In this document: positions 54,121-64,000 of the stretch, piece after piece
Layout: each line of letters opens with the position of its first letter
Position numbering within the stretch: position 1 is the first letter of the stretch
DNA from: Octopus vulgaris
Lineage: Eukaryota
Direction of reading: 5' to 3'
DNA: 64,000 bases
NCBI GenBank assembly: GCA_951406725.2
Contig: OX597819.1
Span: 85,870,001 to 85,934,000, forward strand
Notes under the pieces: generated by a model
Databases searched by the model: none
What the model was told of the DNA's origin: nothing
Seen by the model: only the letters and a program-made list of their open reading frames with translations
Program-made: the position numbers and the translations under genes

Positions 54121-54125
<5 letters not shown>
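53650..54125 (+). mobile_element. Fold-back relic with a hammerhead-like motif in the loop
   Basis: Arms 53729-53828 and 54026-54125. Motif gctg-CTGATAA-..-GAAA-tttcggg-TC-cggc at 53919-53987. (TA)n/(GA)n flanks. Confidence 0.7.
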
Positions 54126-54170
<45 letters not shown>

Positions 54171-54281
54171 TAAAAACGGTAAGATAACAAAAGAAAGAAA
54201 GAGACCTCAATATTATGTAAATAGAGGAAATTTATATATATATATATATGTACATATATTCATATATATGTATATATGTAT

Positions 54282-54356
<75 letters not shown>

Positions 54357-57300
54357 AATAGTTCATATATCGAAGTCGATAGATAACCGCTCATATCCTC
54401 CGGAATTCTAAGGACAAGTTGTTAATAGACTTCTGACCAGGTTTTCAGCAAGATCTGTTTTTCGAGTGTTCATTTTAGTCTTTTCTCATCACTCTCGCAA
54501 ACCACCACGTGGGCAATTTCGATCTACTTTGATATTCTGAACATTATAAATCCTATAGTTTCTAAGAAAATGGTGAGTTCCTCGATTTTGGCGTTTGCTG
54601 AGAAGTGAATTTTTCTTACTATATTATGCATACCTTCTGTCTAGGATCTACATTTTGAGGAGTTCTTTTCCCTCTTCATATTTTTAATGTCCTTGATAAA
54701 GTGCCCATTCGTTTTTAGTTTCCTTTTCCTCCCCATATTTTGTGTGAGAACAGTGTAATATGCCTAGGACAGGTATATTTACTTCTTGGTATCTTGATTC
54801 TTGGTCATCATTTCCTAAGACTGATATTTCGGCATTCATTGGTGTTGTAATAGTTGCGCAACTGAGGCTTCAGGATGTTTCGACAATCATCGGAGTTCCT
54901 AAAGGATTTTATAACCATTGAAGCACTACTTCAACACCTGTCGCTCCTAGATACATAATTATTCTCCACATTTAAGTACTGCGTTTCATGGTTGAACGAC
55001 AACAAATTAAGCATCAAGATATTTGTTAATATTCTTCAGTTTGACAGTAGTATAAAGTTGACTCAAATATCGCAGTACTAGCTTATGGATAAACACGCAA
55101 TACACCAACTTAGATTCTTCTATCACTTCGTCTTCCATTTTCTTAAAGAACATTGTTGAGACACGACAAAAGCTGCCCCACTTTAAGTGATGCAAGATTC
55201 CCGCAAAGATCCAATTCTATTGGTTATAAAACTCTGTCAATGGGATCTCTCTTCCCGGTTAGTTAGTCGGTTCATTTTCGAAGTCTGCTGCTGTTTCTAG
55301 CGCAGGCGAATACAATTCATTTCACTGTTTAGTTCATTTGACAAATAATATATTTGTGTGTGTATTCTAATTCTATTTACCTTATTGCAATCAACATTCA
55401 AATTAATAATTCTATTTTCTATTAGAAAGTCATTATTTATTCCTTGTGAAATATTTACACACTGCAGTGTGATTACATTTCCCTGATACTTTTCTTTTAT
55501 TTGTTTTCTCGCCATAAAAAAAGTACTTCTTTCTTTTTGACTTTAAGAGGAGGTTTCTGCATGAATTACTCATGTTTTCAATTTACGAATGGAATAAAAA
55601 AAAATCATTTCTTGACAAAAGAAATTCTTTTTTTAAACACAACACTTAACTTCCTATTTCTCAGAATAGAAGTTAGAATTAAAAAAAAGAAATTCACTTA
55701 CTAGCAAAAAAGAAAAAAAAGACACCTATGATATTGCTATATTGGGCCTACGAGACACAATACATCTCACTGTGTCAAACACAAGATGAAAAAGGTAAGA
55801 AGAAGAAGAACAACAACAACAATAACAATAACAATAACAACAACAGCAACAATAGTACTACTACTACTAATAATAGCATTTTGTCTTTTGGCTACTTATC
55901 TCACTAGCCAGACGGATGTATCTAATCTTACTTCGACCTGAAGATACTGTTTTAATAGATCTATTTTTAGTAGCCATATACAGTCATAATCTAAAATGGT
56001 TAGAATGGCGCATAGCTGTTTGTTTACTCAAAATGGGACATTACAAAAGAGAACATCGATGATATTAGTGACAACAATATAAAAGTGGACGCAGGAAATG
56101 TATTTAAACGTTGACAGATAGAATTATTTCAATGACATTGTAAATGCTCCGGTCACACAAAAAACTATCACTGTACTAAATAAAGAGTGACTGATATATA
56201 AAATATTTCAAATGTCAGTCACCAGGATAATATTAGTATAGATAATAGCAGAAGACATTGACAAAGCTGAGAAACCAAGGAATTACACTAACCTAACAGC
56301 TAAATTTAAACACTATAAGTATTTAAGAATAAGTATATCATCCTATGAACACAACTGCAATGATACACGGTCATAGTTGGAAGCATATTCTTAAAATACT
56401 TTTAAAGATTGACATAAATATTTTAAGAAAACGGTAATACTAGAATCTCAAAACATTATCAGAAAGCATTTCTTAACACTGAACATTTTTCTTGACCATG
56501 AACACTCGTGTTCATTTTGAACGCTTTTGTTCAACTTGAACATCATTCTTATCCTTAAATATTTTTAGGAATATTCTTCAAGTTGTAAATTGATTTGGGT
56601 TTGAAGAAAGCAAACTATTTATTTCTCAGCACAACTATAACAAAGATTATAATAATGGATAACCGAAATTTGGAGATTGAAATCAGAAACAATTACTTTA
56701 ATAGTCGGTACGCTGTAATGGAAGAAAAAAGAAAATGAATTACCAATGTAACAGGAGCTTCACCTATATACAGCGTACTCAAAATAGTGCTTCAAAGCAC
56801 TATACGCATATCACGTATACAGTACATTATAACAAGTTAAAAATTTATATTCGGAACAAATAATCACAACTCAAACTTACTGCAACTGGAACTTATTAAA
56901 TGGCTTGTAAGCATCCCTAGTTTTAGTCGAACTGTGGGAAAACCTACAATATCTGGAGGAGTATTTTTCTTCAAAAGTCTATCATTTAAGGTTTGGTGCA
57001 TTCCACGATTGTCTCTTTCTTTATCAACACAATGCTTTTTTTTTATTTCAATTTCTTTTTTAATCTCTTTATGAGCCCCATTAAGTTGTAGATGTTAAAT
57101 CAGACCGTAAAGTTCATGTAAAATAAAAACTTGTATGAGGGTTTACAATGAAATACTCACCTTCTGTCATTCCTTTGTCACCGACTTCGACGTTTCATTT
57201 GTTTTATCCAAAGTCTATCTCCAGCTCATCACCGCGGAATGACGGGTGGAACTACAACTTGGAGCTTTCTGCCACTCTTGAGCAAGGGAAGGCTCTACCA

Positions 57301-57592
57301 AACTTTCCGTCGCTCTGTCTGCTGCCCTCTACCTCATGCAGGTAGAACTGTAGATACAGCGATTACTCTTGCCTTTGCTTCACCCCAGTTATGTTCAGTT
57401 GTCATCACATTCTGAATGTAAACGGTAGTTTATAATCTATGCGTCGCACGATGCTATACTGAAAAGATAAACTGAAAGCTGGTGACAATCCAGTGATCAA
57501 AATCCGAGCCAATATCTCTGGCACGAGCCTTGTCTGTTCGCATGGACCAGTGGGCAGATGTCTGAGATACGAGCTGTGTCTGCTTTTCTTAC

Positions 57593-57700
57593 CTTTTTCT
57601 GCCTTACACCATATGGTTTGGCTCAGTTGAGGGAACGTAACTACGTCCATGTAAACAGACAAAAACTTTTCCACGAAATTGGCAAGTATGTTTTCAAAAT
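57593..57700 (-). CDS. Candidate exon (phase 1-1)
   Basis: catctttgtttcatcttatgcag|AT..AAAG|gtaaga bounds the open frame FENILANFVEKFLSVYMDVVTFPQLSQTIWCKAEK. Confidence 0.3.
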
Positions 57701-58404
57701 CTGCATAAGATGAAACAAAGATGTTTAACAGTATATGTACATTTTCTTTTTAACATATAATGTAGTTCTTGGCCCACACTCAAACATATTTGAAATGAAT
57801 GTTTGAGGGCATTACAGTTTTCACCGCATAATTACAATTATAAATAAAGATATCTTTTCACACGTTTCTATTAAGACTAACGTCAGTATTCTTGGTGTTG
57901 TCATTATTTACACTAATAATGTTGCGAATGTTCCATATAATCATCCTAATATTGTTGCTATTTATCAATTACTCTTTTACTCTTTTACTTGATGAGGATT
58001 TGTATGTTCATTCCTCTAATATGAAGGATCATGGCTACAACTACTAAATTATCCCAACGTCATCACTTCTGCACATAAATAACCAAATAATTTTTTTCTA
58101 AAATAAATAGGCAAAATACTTAAGAAACAATGTGTCCACTTGATGTAACAATAACGTTCTAAACACAAAATATCTAATTAAACTTTGAGTAATTAATACA
58201 AACAATATCACGTGCTGATTCAATGCAAATATTTCTATGGAATGATATGCAATCAAAGAAACAGCATTTATATTAAAGCTTTGTACTTTAACGAATATGT
58301 AGTAGGCAAGATAGACCTTTAAATCGAATTAATTTTTTTAAAGCCACTAAAAGACTTGGCTCCGTTTAGTAGACTTTGCAATTGTCCAAATATCCCCCAT
58401 TTAC

Positions 58405-58525
58405 CGCAACGTTTAGGAGATCTACCTCGAAAGTGCTTCTCAATAATGTTTTCCGAGGAAAACATGTAAAACAGCAAAGACGATATGACAACGGCTATAG
58501 CGACGACGAAACTGATGACACCAGT
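58405..58525 (-). CDS. Candidate exon with a transmembrane-like stretch
   Basis: aatag|ACT..TGCG|gtaaat bounds TGVISFVVAIAVVISSLLFYMFSSENIIEKHFRGRSPKRC. Its phase is compatible with 57593-57700. Confidence 0.25.
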
Positions 58526-59048
58526 CTATTCTATAGTAAATAAAGCTGGTTGGGAATTAACTAATATAAATGTAACTTTTACTATTAGTGAGTGATCATT
58601 AGGGTCAATACTGTCAAGAAAATTCTTAGAAATACTAGTTTTGATATATTTTAGCAATAAAAATGTTTTACAAGTTTCTTTTATTATTCAAGATTTCACT
58701 ATACGCTTCACTCAGAAAACTAATTTTTATTCGCTGCAATATAGCATTTTTTCAAACCTCTTACATATTTTCTCCTTTTTTCTAATCTTCTCATGCCTAG
58801 CGCTCTTTCTCTCTCACTTTGTTTATAGCGTCTGTTCGTTTCTAGCACTTTCAGTCTTTCAAATTATTTATCATTATCACTTTTGCTATCATACTCTTAT
58901 CATTATCATCTTTTCAACGTCCTTCTTCCCTCGGTCTCTGACACTTCTTTCACAAACTCTGTTTGTATCTCTTCCCCTGATATTTCAATTTGATATTTTC
59001 TTCTTTTCCTCGTACACTCTGTTACATTCACTTTTATTCCTTACACTA

Positions 59049-59111
<63 letters not shown>

Positions 59112-59339
59112 AAGCTTCTATTTAATTGCTTTTTTTTTATTAAGAATACGTACTTGAGGTTGTTGAGATATTTTGAAAATATTTGTGAACGTTTCTGCTC
59201 TACATTTCCCATAACAAAATTACTTCGCTGAATATCGAAGGCTTTGAGTTATATTCTGGGCCTACATCGACTTTGCATTTAGTATTAGGTAATATTATTG
59301 ATTTCATTTAACATATTGATTACAATACAATAATAGAAT

Positions 59340-59990
59340 CAACATACTGCGATATGTTATTCCAGACTGAAATTTCCACTTCAACATACGCCGTCCTAAA
59401 GAAAATGCGGCTAAAAACATGGTTGGCGGCAAAGGCACAGCGGCAGATGGAGAGAAACTGAACCAGTGAAACGAGGGAAAATCAAGTAAATGAACTGTCT
59501 AAATATACATGCAGGCTTTGAGAATATGATATTGTAAGGGGATGTCAAGATGAGAATGATCGAGGTGCCAGTTTTCCCAGTCTGTGAAAATTCTGGTGTA
59601 TATTGATAACATTCATCATATAGACAGGATATGCAGACAAGTCATTCATTCAAATATTAGTGATATGCAAACAGTAATAAGAGAAACATTGCATAAACTG
59701 TATGCATCTGAGGTACTTTCATGTTTCTCATACAGATTCGGGAAAGATATTCGTTCACATAAAAGTAGTTGATATAAAAATAGGCTAGCATTGGCTTCCC
59801 TGGATTGCAGAAAAATCAGAGCCCCAGGATTTAGTTTTATATTTAAGGTGCAAGAAAATGAATGTTACATGATCGAATCACTACTTCAAAATACAACAAT
59901 CTGAAATTTGCTCAGATCTATATATACGTAGTTCTAGAGCAGCTGCTATAATTGGACATAAAGGATTTCCCTATTATTGTGCATGTTAAT
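59340..59990 (+). mobile_element. Very degenerate RLE-LINE fragment
   Basis: HHIDRICRQVIH resembles the RHDxxxxxIH motif after the CCHC finger. A later PIIV-like motif is present. Confidence 0.35.
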
Positions 59991-60344
59991 TAGAATAGTA
60001 AACTCTCTAATAAACATTTTCGAACATACCATCTACCAATGGTATCAATAATTAATTTGTTAAACGTTTCCTCAAATAACGTGGGTCTTTGTCGAATGAT
60101 ATATGCAAAATTAAGATAATATATATAATTTATATATTTTCTCTCACCTTTTACTTATTTCATTTAATAGAATGCGACGATTCTGGACACCATCTTGAAT
60201 AGTTTATTCACGCAACCGTCATGTAATTATCTTTTCAAAGCATGGTACTTATTGAAGAGTTCTCCTTTTGCCGAACCACTAATTTGCAGGGAAGTATACA
60301 AGCCAAGACACCTATATCTCTACCCCTCCATCTGTATATATATA

Positions 60345-61115
60345 CAAATAAGGGTAAAAATTGTTAAAAGAGATAAAAATGTTTACCAGTGGTCAGCATG
60401 CGTAATAAAAGTGAGAAGACATACATATTTCTATATAATAGTGTTTAAAAAGTTATACACGCAGAGGAGACCACCATATGGACTCCTAACATGCTAAAAA
60501 AGGCAGTCGAAACCCAAACCAGGTTAAGAAAGGTTCTTCTTTCAGACACATTGCTTGTAAGTGAGCAGGATATCTAAATGAATAAAAGTTTCGGTTAACC
60601 CCATACCCGTGCGTTTCACTATTAATGATCAAATATATCAATTAATTCGTCAATTTATTGACTAATTAGTCAATCAATTAATTAGTTAATTAATTGAGTA
60701 GTTATTAATTAATTAGTTGAATTTATTAACTGCTGTACGATGCTGGCTCAACACAGTGCTTCAGGATATTTGATTTGAATTCATGATGTTTAAAGATGAA
60801 ACTAAATGCGTATGTCATTATCTTGTGTTTTTCGTTACGTATTATACTTTCATAATTAAGTGTTTGCGAACAACGCTGCTGATGAAATAGGGATGGTTAA
60901 TTAATTAATTAAGTTGATTTATTTGATCATTACGAAACTCATAGGCATAGAGTTAAATGAGACTTTTATTCATCTAGATATTCTACTCGCTTACAAACGA
61001 CGTACCTTAAAGGATCTTTCTTTCTGTAGTTTGGGTTTCCATTGCCCTTTTTAGCATTTGAGGAGTCCATATGGTGGTCTCCTCTCCGTGTATAAATTTT
61101 TATACACTATATATA
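60345..61115 (+). mobile_element. Fold-back relic with a degenerate hammerhead before the right arm
   Basis: Arms 60432-60592 and 60959-61113 (LYT(Q/E)RRPPYGLL on both strands). CTGATGA..atggttaa/ttgatcat..GAAACTC..GAGT at 60879-60954. Confidence 0.7.
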
Positions 61116-61259
61116 TGTGTGTGTTTATAGTGTGCCTCTTAAACAACATTGTTAGAGTGTAGCAATATAATAGGATAACGTCGTTGGTAGGAAAGATTAG
61201 GAAAAGTAAAGGAAGAAGATGAAAGAAAATAAAACAAAACAACTCTTGAAAGTGCCACG

Positions 61260-61640
61260 TGAAATTTTTACATCTCCAGCATTAGAAGATTTATTGTAAC
61301 TGTTCAAAGTCAGTGTTGTTCTCCATTATCTCATACTTACAGACAAGAAGTTTCGCAGAGTAGCTGTTATTTTATACATTTCCAGACATTTCTTAATCCA
61401 GCTACGTGGTAGAATAGCAAACGCTTTTTTATAGTCTATCCAGGCTATCGACAAGCGATTGTGTTGTTTGTGACAATCTCCAAAGATCAACTTATTGATG
61501 AGTAGCTGATCTTTACAACCATATGACCCACGTTTACATCCTTTTTGCTCATTAGGGAATATGCAACTTTCTATTAAAAAACAATAGGTATATTCAATCA
61601 AGACAGATGTTAGCATTTTATACATTGCTATTAAGCAGGC
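61260..61640 (-). mobile_element. R4/Dong-type LINE RT fragment
   Basis: EQKGCKRGSYGCKDQLLINK...LSIAWIDYKKAF..PRSWI. Confidence 0.9.
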
Positions 61641-63702
61641 TATATATATATATATATATATATACGTGTGTATGTGTTTGTGGATACCAGTCATATGCTG
61701 CACATGATTCAAGTGAATCCACAAATTTGAATCATATATAAATGTAAGAAATCAATAATTTATTATACAGATCTATTTATGACAATATTCATGTAGTTAT
61801 GTAAGTTTAACTCCACTTCTGTTTGACTTTGAAGTATTACGTTAGTTTTCTTTCTAATGAAGTAAACCAGTGCCATTCCAAGAACAAGTTTAAGTATAGA
61901 AATAAAAGAATAAAGATTTGCATCAACCCTGATTTTCCTACAACTTCGATAAAATTTAACACTTATTGAATACTTCTGTCACATCAGTAATTGCATGTGC
62001 ACATCTTACGATAACATAAATGATGTTTCATTTTACATTTAGTGCTTGCATTATAGTTTAAAGTGTAGTTCACATCAAACGATTATCCGGTTGAAGGAAA
62101 AATGGAAAAACAAAAATCACAAAAATACCGTTATATCACACAATGTTGTTAGCAGTATGATAGAAAAAAGAAACAAATAAAGAATCACTCTTTTACTATT
62201 TTTCCCACCACGTTAGATAAGCTAGAATGTTTGATTAAATTTAATTTCATATACCAAGCATGGATAACCTTATAAATGTACAAGTTTGTAGCATCAAAGT
62301 TTGTGTGATATACGTTTATCGAAGCCTTTTTTGCAAGAGAAAATTGTCGTTAATATTCAGAAGTTTTATTAAGGAAATCTTATTATCAAAATATTTCTAA
62401 GCAAATAATTTTGAAAATTAATTACAATTTTCACTACAAGAATAATTTAACGACAGTTTGTTATGGAATGCCTTATAAAATAAGCAAAATTAAGAGGAAA
62501 GAGGAAAACATTATGCCTGTAATTGAATATACGTCAAGACAGGGAGCTGCACTATTCTGTATACATACATAAATATGTATATATTTAGTATAAATTAGAT
62601 AACGAAAAACATTACCGCATTGTAAGAAAAGCAGGCCGTTTAGAATTTACAACCAGCCTAAATAATGAGATATTTTAGGGGAAAACACAAGAAACTGAAT
62701 AAAAAATCGATATGCTTTAATGTTATGAAACATCAGAGTGCACATTATGTGAAATCCATACCTAAAGCAATCTCTATGCTCTGATATGGCGAATTCACGT
62801 TGTTCATCCTTCTTTTATTTTGTTTTGTCTTTTCTTCTCTCTTTCTTGATCTGTCTATCTCTTTTTCTCTCTCTATCTCTCCCTCCTCTTCTCTATCTCC
62901 CTATTTTTCTCAATATATACCTCCAATTAAATTGCTGCATCATTATCAATTTTCCACATATCTAATAAAATGCGATAAATAACGAACAATAAATATTTTC
63001 TCGATTTACAGGCCTTACGAATATTTACTTCTTAAAGAGCAAATGTTTGTGAATTGCGTTTTACTAGGAGTAGATATTTGTCAACCAATCATATTGCACC
63101 GTATTAAAATCTTACTATAAACTACAATTTTCATACACACACTCACACACACATTATAATGCGTGTAGCAACGCATGAGATTTTTTTATTATTTTTGCAA
63201 GTATACTCATTCTCAAAATTGAATTGTTTATAATAAAAAGAGAACTCTGATTTGACAGAAACAGTAAAATGTTGTACTAAATAAATAATACGAATTTAAG
63301 TGTCAAGAGGTGACACTTTTTTCAGTACATACAGAACAAATTCTTCAAGTTGTAATTCAACATGAAAATATGAACAAGTGAAAGAATTTCAGCTGTACCA
63401 CTTAAAATTATTCTGCTGGTTTTCAGTATAAATTGAATTCTACTGGATTTTTTTTTCACTGCTCCTCAGTTTTAAACAGTGTTCCATTATCTCACTCTTA
63501 ATCAGACGATATAGACTTTACAAATATGCTTTTGGTTTGAAACCACTTTCAGTATATGACACATGAAATAAATAACTTAGGTAGATGGAAATGTAATTAT
63601 TTAACATACGATTTACAATATATTGAAGTTTTACAAAAGTACTCCATACCATAGGGAATACAAAATTTGGAAATCATATAAGAAATTTACACACACACAC
63701 AC

Positions 63703-63757
<55 letters not shown>

Positions 63758-63826
63758 GAAATGAAGAAAATGCTGACAAAATAATTTAAGTAAGGGAGAG
63801 TGTATTTAATTAGGTGAAAGTTCTTT

Positions 63827-64000
63827 TTACCGGTTGCGCATTTGTTATGCTTATCAAAAGATATTTTTTAAGAGAGATAGAGTTCCTTTCTGATAGATTT
63901 TTTTCTCTTATCTGATAAGAGAAAAAATCTATCAGAAAGGAACTCTATCTCTCTTTAAAAAATATCTTTTGATAAGCATAACAAATGCGCAACCGGTAAA
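63827..64000. repeat. Near-perfect palindrome centred at 63913, running off the window
   Basis: The arms differ only in homopolymer lengths. The spacer is 1 nt. Confidence 0.95.

Noticed and set aside
54400-55300. Possible very old Penelope remnant on minus (similarly 2040-3120 and 49000-50250)
   Set aside because: Only faint motif echoes, with no convincing catalytic motif readable by eye.
56050-56480. RLE-LINE C-terminal remnant
   Set aside because: Only VIVG and ILESQNIIRK echoes, which is insufficient support.
58641-59231. Longest ORF (196 aa, hydrophobic)
   Set aside because: It is pyrimidine-rich low-complexity DNA including (CT)n, has a TTG start and shows no motif.

Overview
AT-rich eukaryotic DNA dominated by repeats. 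The (TA)n/(CA)n/(TTA)n microsatellites and the SINE families look like an octopus (coleoid cephalopod) genome; this is recognition, not a database result. No intact protein-coding gene can be identified, and nearly all ORFs in the track are microsatellite artefacts or transposon debris. Supported content: two copies of a non-autonomous Helitron, many tRNA-derived SINEs (at least three families), several decayed Penelope-like elements (RT + C-terminal GIY-YIG), R4/Dong-type RLE LINE fragments beside (TTA)n arrays, an RTE-type RT fragment, mariner/Tc1/pogo relics and a possible solo LTR. The most notable signal is about ten type-I hammerhead-ribozyme motifs, one with a fully intact core at 17067-17152(-). 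Most sit in a recurring non-coding fold-back cassette, often flanked by (TA)n: [inverted tail]-[hammerhead]-[tail]. Also noted: weakly paralogous, stop-interrupted exon-like segments and a near-perfect palindrome at the window end that may be an assembly artefact. Coordinates of degenerate elements are approximate.
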